In this document: piece by piece, positions 1-11,078 of the stretch
How positions within the stretch are numbered: position 1 is the stretch's first letter
Layout of the letters: every line of letters begins with the position of its first letter
Source of the DNA: Azolla caroliniana
Taxonomy: Eukaryota > Plantae > Polypodiophyta
Assembly (NCBI GenBank): GCA_043228905.1
Contig: JBHGNT010000001.1
Span: 16,120,001 to 16,184,000 of the forward strand
DNA length: 64,000 nucleotides
Direction of reading: 5' to 3'
Translations under genes and position numbers: made by a program
The notes under the pieces: model-generated
Seen by the model: the letters and a program-made list of their open reading frames with translations, nothing else
Databases searched by the model: none
What the model was told of the DNA's origin: nothing

Positions 1-33
1 TACCGGAGGATGTGCGGGTTTGGAGGGGGTGAG

Positions 34-873
34 TGTCGTAGTGTATTTTGTACACTACATGAAAAACTTATAAAGTAACGTTTTAGTAAATATGAAGAAA
101 TAGAAGAAAATGTCAAAATAAATCATACATGCATAGGGCAAGATTCAAACCTTGCACCTCCATGTTAATAATCTGAAACCTTACCATTACACTAGCATTT
201 CATTAGTGTTAAAAAGTAGATGTCCCACATAGAAAGTTAAGTTCACATAGGATAAACTTTAGTTAAAAGAAAAACGCATGCTAAAAGAAAAAGCTACACA
301 TGCATATCTAGTGTACATGAACGCTATAGTCGATAAAAAACGCACAAGATAGAAAAAGCATGATCACTTTAGATAAAACATATAGTCTATCTATAGGAAA
401 AGCATGGAGTCTATAGTTAGGAAAAAAAGCATGGATTGTGAAGACTCTCTCATCACCATATAAGGATGGGGAGCACAATGTAATAGGGGTGTGAAATATT
501 TGGGAAATTGGATATATTTCCTAAAACACCAATAATAAAATAGAATCGTGGGATTCACGAAGTTTTATATAATCTTTCAATCTAAATTCATATTCTTACA
601 TAAATATTGATTAATGTAATACTTGTGGGATTCACAAGGTTTGATCTCTTTTCTCAATCTACTCTAATCTATTCTAAACTATTTCAATTTATTACTACGA
701 TTAAGATAAACTAAAACAATTATACTTGTGGGATTCACAAGTTTCTATATCTCTTTCTTATAATCTATTCATATTCATAACTAGATTAGCCTCAAATTCT
801 TCCTCCTCCTAGTCCAAAACCCCGGTGGTTCCCACCCGACTCACGCAACGATCCGGAGCCAAAAGGCACGACA
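34..873 (+). mobile_element. 3' LTR of a Ty3/gypsy element (relative of C; body lies upstream of the window), inserted in copia A0
   Basis: PPT TGGAGGGGGTGAG at 21-33; termini TGTCGT...ACGACA; both ends closely match the C LTRs (tgtcgtagtgtatt..., ...ccgactcacgcaacgatccggagcc.aaaggcacgaca); copia coding sequence follows at 874. Confidence 0.93.
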
Positions 874-3168
874 ACGACTGACCCGAACATACTATTCATA
901 GAGAACCTAGTCGAATAAGAAGTTTTGCTTACGACTAAGGAATCGAGCACATGGCTCCTGGACTCGGGCGCATCGTATCATGTGACACCTCACTGATCTC
1001 AGTTTCGGCAATACTCGGACCGACACTCCGACTCAGTTCGAGTTGGGAACTCGCAACACTGTGCCATAATGGGAATCAGCACCGTAGAGCTCAACCTTCT
1101 GGGTGGCTCTACACTCGTACTACACAACGTCCGACACATTCCTGAGCTTTCAAGACCCTTGATCTCAGTCGGACAACTTGACGAAGCCAGCATCCGTGTC
1201 GGGTTCTCATCAGGAGGGTGGACACTCCACAAAGGGAACCTCCTACTTGCTTGAGGACCAAAGGTACACTCTTTGTACCCTTTATATGTCACACTCAAAG
1301 AGGGTGACTTATTTTTGGTTGATATCCCCGTGTCATCGTTATGGCACCAAGAGAATCGAGTCCCCTTGCTTTGGTCCACTCGGACGTCTGTGGCCCGATG
1401 CCACATCAGTCTCTCGGCGGTGCTTTGTACTTCGTCAGTTTTATTGACGACTCAACTCGGAAGGTGTGGGCTTACCCCATTAGAACCAAAGGTCGGGTGT
1501 TCTCGATCTTCTTTGAATGGCCTGCAATGGTTGAAACCCAGACTGGTCGGAAACTAAAATGTCTCCGAACCGATAATGGAGGAGAATTCAAGTCTGACGA
1601 ATTCGTCAAATTTTGACGGGAACGCGGCATTCGACGTGAATATACGACACCCTATAGTCCGGAGTAGAACGAAATTCCTGAACGCATGAATCAGATGATT
1701 CAAGAACGCATAGTATCCATGCTCCAACATTCCGGACTGTCGGATGGCTTCTGGGCGGAGGCTCTACCTACGGTAGTACACATAATAAATATGTCGTCAA
1801 GTAGACCTCTAGGACCTAAAATACCTCAGGAAACATGGACCGGCAGTAAGCCGAATTATGACAAGCTGAGGATCTTCAGCTGCGAGGCGTATGCCCTTAT
1901 ACCGAAAGACGACTACCGGAAACTCGAACCAAGATCAAGGAAATGCGTTTTCCTTGGATATGGACTCGACGACGAGATCAGATACTGACTCTGGGATCCC
2001 GAGCACAGACAAATCGTCCGAAGTTTAGACGTCGTGTTCAACGAGTCGGCTATGCATAAAACAACTGAAAGGCCTATTGAAGTCTGAAGGGTAATATTTT
2101 TCGAAGTGCCAACCCTTCATCAAGGCCCAACCCACAACACGAGATCGGTTTCACGGGTAACTGACACCTCTCGTCCTGAATCCACTGATTCAGCACAGCC
2201 GAATGGCTCGGCTTTCGACCATTCGACACCTATACCCGTTGCGACCAGTCCATTCATACCTCGAAGATTCGAGAGACTGTCGGAACCTCCGGAAAGGTAC
2301 TCTCCTGGAATTTTCTTTACCGACGCCACCGAACCGACGTCTTATGAAGAAGCATCGGTAGCTGCCGACTCAGCCACCTAGCATCTGGCGATGGAGTCGG
2401 AAATCCACTCCATTCGCGCAAACAAGACTTTGGACTTGGTCGAATTACCGAAGAATCGATGTGCTCTTCCGTCTAAGTGGGTCTATCGACTAAAAGAGAT
2501 GTCCGACTCGACCAACCCAAAGTACAAGGCCAGATTAGTTGCGAAGGGATTTCGACAAGAATATGGCATCGACTTTGACGAAATCTTTTCACCAGTGGTG
2601 AAAATGACAACCCTTCGTTTCATGCTTGGTGTCATGACCGCCGACAACTTGGAGCTGATTCAGCTAGATGTGAAAATGACATTCCTCCACGGTGACCTAC
2701 AGGAGGAAATCTATATGGAGCAGCCGAAAGGCTTTGTGGCATCTGGCTAGGAACATCTAGTCTGCCAACTCAAGAAGAGTTTATTCGGCCTAAAACAGGC
2801 ACCTCGACAGTGGTACAAGAAGTTCGACGACTTCATCCAGTCGGTCGGCTTCTCCAAGAGCGATGAGAACCACTGTCTCTTCACCAAAACAACTCAAGAC
2901 GGGTCTCCCGTCTTCCTCATCATTTACGTGGACGACATGCTACTCTCCGGCCGACATGCTGGAGAGCTCACCGAACTCGTTCAGAAATTGTGGTTGAAAT
3001 TTGCCATGAAGGACCTCGGTCCGGCAAGACACATACTTGGTATGAAGATTAGTCGGCATCGCGATAAATGACAACTTTTCTTGTCTCAAACTGACTACAT
3101 CGGATATGTCTTGGATCGCTTCAACATGCACTCGACCAACTCTACTTCGACCCCGCTCCCCATTAACC
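874..3168 (+). pseudogene. Old copia family-A element A0, PR-INT-RT part, degenerate
   Basis: Fragments VHSDVCGP, FIDD, RTDNGGEF, KARLVAKGF, LDVK are colinear with the 1338-aa copia ORFs; many stops; about 145-bp deletion at the GCACC microhomology near 1344. Confidence 0.95.
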
Positions 3169-3789
3169 TGTTAGGAAACAGGTCCCTCCGGATGGGAAGT
3201 GAGAAGAACAGTACTGATGAGCAAACTCGGCCGAGACTGAGAACCGGATGACGAGTGCCCGGCAAGCGCCGGATGATGCAGGCCCGGTGAGGAGTGCTCA
3301 CCGGATGAAGGGACATATTCGTAAATATATTTCTGAGGGTCCAACGAGGCTATATTTGTAAATAGCCGAAAAGTCATATTAGTATAAATATGACTTAGGG
3401 CAAACTTAGTATTGTTGTTGTCATTCTTGTTGGCGCAAGATTAGAGCACAACAGTGTACAGAGAGAGAGAGAGAGAGAGAGAAAGAGACGAAGTGTTCGT
3501 ATCTCTGTTGTAACCGCCGCCTGTGGCGAAGACAGTGAAGAAGAGGTCGTTGCCTCTGTGTTCATCCATTGTATATTGTTACACAGTGATAGTTAGCAGT
3601 CAGTGGACTGTCGTGGTTTTTCCCGTGTTTGGGTTTTCCACGTAAACATCCTGTGTACTCTTCTCTCCATTGTGTCGTGCATTCATTCCCCGTTTTCTGT
3701 GTTTGATTCTAAGCTCGGTTGTGGCCGAGCGTTGTTCCAGGAGCGTTTAGTTCCTGTCAAGTGGTATCAGAGCGAAACGACACAAGAAA

Positions 3790-4642
3790 ATGGACGATTC
3801 GTTGGGAAGCATGTTCAAGCTCACCGGCTCCAACTATTCGGTGTGGAAGCCGAAGATGAGGGACATGCTCGTGGTTAAAGATCTATGGTTGCCGGTTCAG
3901 TTTGGGGACAAGAGACCGGACAAGATCGACGCCACAATATGGGAAGTGATGCACATGAAGACAACGGCGTACATACGGTGCTTCATCGACATGAGTCTAT
4001 ACAACAACTTCAATGAAGAGAGCAAGGCTCATGAGCTCTGGGAGAAGATTGACATTATGTTTCAGAACAAAAATGCTGTTAATCAGGTTTCGGTATTTCG
4101 GAAGCTAGTAAGACTCCAGTACCAAGATGGCTCTAGCATGGCGGAGCACATGAATGCCTTCCAGGGGCTGATCCAACAGGCAACATCATTGGAAGTACCT
4201 CTCGCCAATGAGGTACTAGCACTACTCCTGCTCGGTTCCCTCCCAGATAGCTGGGAGACGTTGGTTGTCACTTTGGGCAACACCGGGCCGGAAGGGAAAC
4301 GGTTATCCCTAGCAAGAGTGAAGTCGAGCTTGCTAGATGAGGAGGCACGTCAGAAAGATAAGGATACGAGCTCCGACTCCAAAGCTCTCTTACCGAATCG
4401 GAACGCGGAAGACAAAGGAACCCTAAACCCTTCTCATCCTACTAAGTCGGTGATCACGACTGTGTCCGGATGGGGAATGAAGGTACATGCCCAATTGTCG
4501 GCATAGGAGATGTGTGGTTGATAACACCAACCGGATGCAAGCTGTTGCTGAAGGATGTCTGACACGTTCCGGAGGTTCTTCTGAACCTGATATCAGCCGG
4601 TCGGCTAGATGATGAAGGCTACACGGGTAGCATCCGGAACGG
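3790..4642 (+). pseudogene. gag: Copia B gag and partial protease region (zinc knuckle and DSG motif deleted)
   Basis: MDDSLGSMFKLTGSNYSVWK...LLGSLPDSWETLV is a copia Gag; the sequence jumps to the post-DSG protease region (VRMGNEGTCPIVGIGDV) at about 4431. Confidence 0.9.
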
Positions 4643-5352
4643 TGTCGTAGTGTATTCCACACACTACGTGAAAACCATAAAAGAATATATCCGATTTTAA
4701 ATACATATAAATAAATAAATAATATATCAAAATATTTATCACGTGCATAGGGCAAGATTCGAACCCTGCACCTCCATGTAGATAAACCCCAACTTTACCA
4801 TTGTAATAACTTATCTTTAGTGCTATACATATAGATTTAATACGTATAAGACCTTTATTTACACATACCTTTATTAAAAGGTAAAAATCATGTATTCTTT
4901 AGGGTGTGAATATTTTATTTACACGTGACATTAAAAGTGACTCATGCACATCTACCATGCATGAGCCCTATACTTAGGAAATGACAAAGCATCACATGCA
5001 CATTTAGTGTGCATGGACACTTTTGGTGAAAAAGCATGAAGCCATGCTTAGCCTCTTCCATTTCTATATAAGGAGGAGAGAAATATGTATAAGGTTGTTG
5101 ATTAATATATACAAGGATTGATCAATCTAATTTATTCGTGGGATTCACGAATTTTGCCATCTAAATTACTCTTATAATCTAAATATTGTTTTAAATACAC
5201 TAAACTCGTGGGATTCACGAGATTGCTATCTTACTTCTCTTTCCACTATTCATAAATAGCCTTAAGTTGTATTCCTCTTCCTCCTAGTCAAAAACCTCGG
5301 TGGTTCCCACCCGACTCACGCAACGATCCGGAGCCGAAAGGCACGACACAGT

Positions 5353-5370
5353 TGGTGAACCCGACGTGAA
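5353..5370 (+). promoter_or_regulatory. Primer-binding site complementary to the 3' end of plant tRNA-Trp (also 16577-16594 + in D and 29967-29984 - in E)
   Basis: TGGTGAACCCGACGTGAA is the reverse complement of ...TTCACGTCGGGTTCACCA; lies 3-4 nt after the 5' LTR and is identical in three elements. Confidence 0.9.
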
Positions 5371-5386
5371 GACGGGTGGCAAGGAG

Positions 5387-7425
5387 ATGGAAAATCAACT
5401 GGAGGCTAGCAACATGATGATGATGTTCGAGCGCATGCTACAAGAACAACGCGCGATGTCGGAGATAGCGGCATCAGTGGAGCGGCTCGTGCAACGAAAC
5501 GGGCAATTCAACGGGAAAGACGTGTCGCGGTATCTTCGGGACTACAAGGCGGAGATGCTACGGTGCGGAATATCGGAAGGACTGCAAGTGACGTCCTTCA
5601 ACCGGGTGGCGACCGACGGGCTTCAAGCAAGCATCCATGGGCTACGACAGCAAAATCCGACATGGGAGGCGTTTGAAGAAGAGCTAAAGAGGACGTTCAC
5701 CATCGAGGATTCCTCCAAGGCGACGCGAAGGGGATTCGAAGATTGGGTGGAGACGCCGGACAAGGGATTGAAGGTCGTTGATGTGTTTTCGGCATTCAAA
5801 AGCCGGTTCGGGAGGTTGTCCGCGAGAGATCAAGCTATCCTCGTACCGGACAAGGTGATCATGTTCTTGCAAGCCGTGGACGTCCGGGACTGGAAAGATC
5901 TTGGAGTGCTCTTGGAGGACACGACCACGGAGAGTGGCTTCACCGAAACATGGGAAAGCGTGCGGGATATCGTCGCGCGATACACGAAGAGGGGGCAATG
6001 GCTTGCCAACGAGGAAAAGAGGGTTTCGCGGTTCCGAAACCGAGAACCGGATTGGAAGACCAGCAACCGAGGGCTCGGGAGACTACAACCGAGAAGGGGA
6101 TTTATGCATCTACGGTGGAGCAACTATTGAAGGAGATGGAGAATCTGAAGATCGCGATGGTGAAGAAGTTGGATGATCGCCCCACAAGCTCCAAGTATAC
6201 GGATCGACGGTGCATATGGTGCGATAGCGCCGAACACGATCGGAGGGATTGCGACGAGGATAAGGAGGCGCTACAGCGGGATCTCATCTACTACGAGGGA
6301 AACCAGATTCATTTGATGGACTCTCGGAAGCCACTCCGACCGAACTTCCGGAAAGGCAGCATGAAGAAGGTGCTCGAGGAGGAATTGGCGGCAAGAAGCA
6401 ACTATGCGACAACCGCGGGAATATGTGTCGGGGAGTCATCGAGAGCAAAGACGTCTTTTTGGCCGGAAGTTCTAGAAAACACCGAGAAAACTGACTCCAA
6501 CGAGATCCGAAGCACCGCGGAAGGCGTCCGGGAAGCTACGGGATGGGAGTGCCCTGTCGACAAGAATAGCGTATACGCCCTGTGTCAATTGCATAAGGTG
6601 TATGTGGACGAGAAACGACGACGCACGGAGGATGCGGGCGAGCCATCGAAGATACCGGAAAGCTGGAACTCTGGAGGTAAGGGAAAAGAAAAGGCGACTC
6701 CAGCATTCAAGCTCGCCTCGGACATAGAACAACAAACCGACTTGAAAAGAGTGTTCGAGGAAAGGATCTTGGATAGCCGGGTAGATTTCTCGCTTCGGGA
6801 GCTACTCGGAATAGCAAAGAAGGAGTTCCACGATCTTCTCGTGGATCTCGTAAAGCGAAAAAAACAAAGTACGGAGGAAAATGCTCCAACGGTGAATGCG
6901 AACACCGTTTTAATGAACGACACCGAAGTGGAGGACGAAATTCCAAACTCCTACTATACAAGGCCACATTGGGCACGCGCGACTACGGAGACTCCGGTCC
7001 GAATCGGCAACATCAAAGAACCCGTGCTAGCATTGATTGATCACGGATCGGAGATCAACTTGATGTCCAAGGAGTTCTACCGGAAGGGGAAGTGGCCTAT
7101 TAACACCAACCATGGATGGAAGATTCGGGCGGCCACCGAAGCAACGGAAGATCTATTTGCGGCTTGTCCGGATGTGACGGTGAAGATTGGGGATGTTGAG
7201 ATCGACCAAAATTTCTTCGTACAAGATGAGGTTTCACAGTATGTCATCCTCGGCCAACCTTTTATCACGGCATCACGGATGGAGATGAAGGTGCTCGATA
7301 GCGGTGCGGCTTTTGCGCGAATTCGGAGCCAAAACGGTGGGAAATCCGTCCAATTCCTAACGGTGCCGGCAAATCATGAAAGGAACAAGAGGGAACTCCT
7401 GTCCCAAGTGAGAATGGATTTTTAA
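5387..7425 (+). pseudogene. gag: Element C Gag-protease ORF, frameshifted near 6030
   Basis: CCHC knuckle CIWCDSAEHDRRDC; aspartic-protease-like LIDHGSEINL and VILGQPF; split over two ORFs (5300-6130, 5950-7425). Confidence 0.9.
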
Positions 7426-9851
7426 AGCGGACTGTTGCGGAGTGGGGAAGTGATAGTCTGAAAAGCCCTGACCCCCCACACAGGAAGAAAACTCTCAGAG
7501 CAAAACATGTACGAATCGGTCCGGATGGGGCATCTACGTACACGACCGTAACCGGAGGATTGAAGAAAGGATACCGACGAGTGGAGGATAAGTTGCGGTC
7601 GGCATCAATAATAAAAGAAGATGAAGAAATCATGGGGATAGTCGAAGAAGTGTTCTATGGGAGCACGCTACAACGACTTGAAGAGCTTGCGGAAGATAAA
7701 AGCCAAGGGAACCGGGTAGTCCCGGTGGAATCGGTCGAGATGTACGAGATCATTGCGAAAATGGAGCCGGATACGCTCCGCAAAGAAGAAGCAATGGTAA
7801 GTACAAAATACAAGACCATGGAGAAGAAGGTGAAACCGGCCGCGGGACCACTACCCGCCGATAGCTAACAAAAGAGGAAAGAAGTCTCGGGAGATCCGAC
7901 ACTTCGGAAGTCCGTGGATATCGGACATGCCTTCACGGATGAGACCCGGAAGAAACTTCGGATCGGTGGAGGTGGGTTCCTATTACAAAAAGAAGAAGAA
8001 CAGTTTCACGAGATGTTGGAGCAACACGGCAAAGCGTTTGCATTTACATCAAGGGAGATAGGGTGCGTCGATCCGAGAATAGTGGAGCCGATGGTGATCT
8101 TCACGATTGACCATGTACCGTGGAACCTGAAGCTGATTCCGGTGCCACGAGCGCATATTCTGAAAGTCATTGACTTGCTCAAGGAGAAGGTGGCGATGGG
8201 GATTCTAGAGCCATCAACTGCTCCGTACTCAAATCGATGGTTTACGGTTCCGAAGAAGAATGGGTCACTCCGATTTATCCAAGACTTGCAACCGGTGAAT
8301 AAGGTCACGATCCGGAACTCGGGAGTCGGTCCGATAGTGGACGAATTTGCGGAAGCTTTTGCCGGTCGTGCGATATACTCCATCGGAGACCTATCATAGT
8401 AACGGTTGGAAACTGGAACACACCAAAGCCGGAAGAAATTGAAAACGACACTTCGGAGGGCGGAAGCACTTAAGAAGCCGAGCTACGACCGACTGATCAT
8501 AGTAACGGTTGATACAAGTCCAACCGGTATCGGGTGGGTCATCAATTAAGCCGACTCGGATGGTTCGCGGTATCCGATCCGATTCGGAGCAAAAGCTCTC
8601 AACGAAAGGCAACGTGGCTATGCACAAGTCAAAAGAGAACTGTGGGGAGTCGTGTCGGCGATAAAATCGGATCGGGATTATTTGATCGGAGCCGAAGTGG
8701 TGATCGAGACGGATTGTCTTCCGATACTCGGGATGATGCGGTGTTGTACGATACCTGATGTAGCTATGCTAAGGTGGGTTGCATATGTCAAGTCGCTTAA
8801 TCTGGAGGTTCGACACATCTCGGGGAAGGACAACGCGGTAGCGGATATGTTATCAAGGGCTCGGTTCGGAGACGATATAACCGAATCGGATAATGAAGAA
8901 GTTTCCGAAGACTACTTCGCGTCGGAGCGCACATATGCCGAGTGAACGTAATTCGAGAATTCCGGGAAGAAGAATACGAGGGAGAAAGCTTGATGATCGG
9001 AAAGATGTTACAAGAGGCCGAGGATTCAACAAACGATAAAGGAAGAAGAGCCGAGATCCGAAGGAAGAAGAGGCAAGTCCAAAAGTTCTTCTTGGAAAAC
9101 GGATTAATATGGAGGGCGCCGAAAAGACCGGATGGTATACCACTTCGAGTAGTCGGGACAAAAGAGCAACGAAACTGGATAATGTCCGAGTTTCACGAAT
9201 CCGATTGGGCTGGACACCGAGGAACATGGGCAACATTTGTGAAGATCAAGCAAAAATATTGGTGGAAGAAAATGTACAAAGATGTCGCAGAGTTCACGGA
9301 AAGCTACGAGAAATGTCAAGTCTACTCTGGGGTTCGACATCGAGATGAGTTACATCCGACATTCTCACCGACAATCAACTTCAAGTGGATGGTCGACATA
9401 GTGGCCATGCCGACCGGGATCGGACAAAAGAAATACTTGGTATTAGCTCGGGAAGATCTCACGAATCAAGTAGAAGGTCGAGCGCTTCAGAGGAAAACGT
9501 GTTCCGTGGTATGCCAATTTCTTTTGGAGGAAGTATTTTGCAGGTACGGGTGTGTAGGACAAGTGATTGCGGACCGGGGAGAACTCGACTCGGACAAAGC
9601 TAGGGGATTCTTCGCCAAACACGGAGTTCGGTTATCGTTGACAACGGCATACAATCCGGAGGCCAACGGGAAAATCGAACGTGGACATAGTCCGATCGTG
9701 AAAGCACTTGGGAAGGCATGCGATGGAAAGGTGAAGGACTGGCCGCAGATGCTTCCGTATGCACTATGGGCGGATCGGACGACGCATAGCATCGTAACCG
9801 GTTACATGCCGGCAGAACTCATGACCGGACAAGCACCGGTAATGCCGACGG
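7416..9851 (+). pseudogene. pol: Element C pol (RT, RNase H, integrase) with stops and an internal RT deletion; continues at 52874
   Basis: RWFTVPKKNGSLRFIQDLQPVN, HISGKDNAVADMLSR, GHRGTWAT, AYNPEANGKIER; RT core is missing after YSIGDL. Confidence 0.92.
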
Positions 9852-10164
9852 TGTCGTGTGAATCTTCACACACTATGTAAAAAAATAATGAAATAATTAT
9901 TATAGATTAGATTGGTAGCTTACTATAGAAAGATGGATATACTCAAGAGCTTCAAAATGTATTTTACTATATACAAAATGGAGAAATACATATCAAGTTA
10001 TGGGAAAATGAAGTTTGATTAAATAGAGATATTAGAACTATCCCACATAGATAGGAAAGTTAAGGCCCTGGCTATATAAACACCTTGAGCTCCCTCATTT
10101 TTCATTTGTGCTGAGAGAACTTTGGCCACTTTGTCTTGATAGATGATGGTGGCCAAAATCCCTA

Positions 10165-10628
10165 AAACCGGAAACGGGTCCGGTAAGCAAATCCGGAAAC
10201 GGGCCGGTAAGCAAAACCGGAATCGGAACGGGTATGCAAAACCGGAAACCGGCCGGTAAGCAAAACCGGAACCGGAATTGGCAAGCAAACCGGAACTGGA
10301 ACCGGCAAGCAAACCGCATCCGGTCGGCAAACAAAATTGGAACCGAAACCGGCAAGCAAACCGGAATCGGAACCGGTCGGCAAGCAAACCGGAACCGGCC
10401 GGCAAGCAAAACCGGAACCGGAACCGGCAAGCAAAACCGGAACCGGAACCGGCAAGCAAACTGGAATCGGAACCGGTCGGCAAGCAAACCGGAACCGGCC
10501 GGCAAGCAAAACCGGAAACCGGCCGGCAAGCAAAACCGAAACCGAAACCGGCAAGCAAACCGGAATCGGTCTGCAAGCAAAATCGGAATCGGAACCGACC
10601 GGCAAGCAAAATGGAACCGGCTACCGGA
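10165..10628. repeat. CCGG-rich degenerate tandem array in the D 5' LTR
   Basis: Interleaved ACCGGA and CCGGCAAGCAAA modules. Confidence 0.95.
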
Positions 10629-11078
10629 CGATGTTGGACGCGGACGGACGAAAGATTGGATCATGCAACAAACTAAAGTAAAGTGAAGAGAACTAAAGTA
10701 AAGGCCATGTGGACGCAAGCAACTAAAGAAGGGAGTGCATGGAAAAAGTAAAGGTCATGTGGACAATCACATGCAACCAAAAGAAAAAGCTAGGCAACTA
10801 AAAATAGAGGCCATGCAACAAAAAGTGAAAAGGCTATGATCAAGAGAGAACTCCATTTTTTTATTCCATTTTTTTCCTACACTAGAATGGACTCTCCATA
10901 TTATCTTAATTTTCTTCTCAACTCCCTTATCTTAGGAAGCCATAATACTCATAGAACGGAATCCTAATCTTCCCTACGAAAGCCATATCTACCAAAACCC
11001 CTAATTTTTCTTTTCTATTAATCTTAGTAAACCTAAAACTTCTAAATCCCAATCTTGGGACATATTGTAATTTCTTTT

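Noticed and set aside
546-742. CRISPR-like spaced palindromic repeats
   Set aside because: Only 2-3 copies of a ~15-bp motif with irregular 70-100 bp spacing, inside LTRs, with no cas genes, in a eukaryotic context
10019-10718. Six overlapping ORFs of 114-207 aa (also at 51671-52370)
   Set aside because: Stop-free by-product of the CCGG tandem array in the D LTR; the translations are low-complexity
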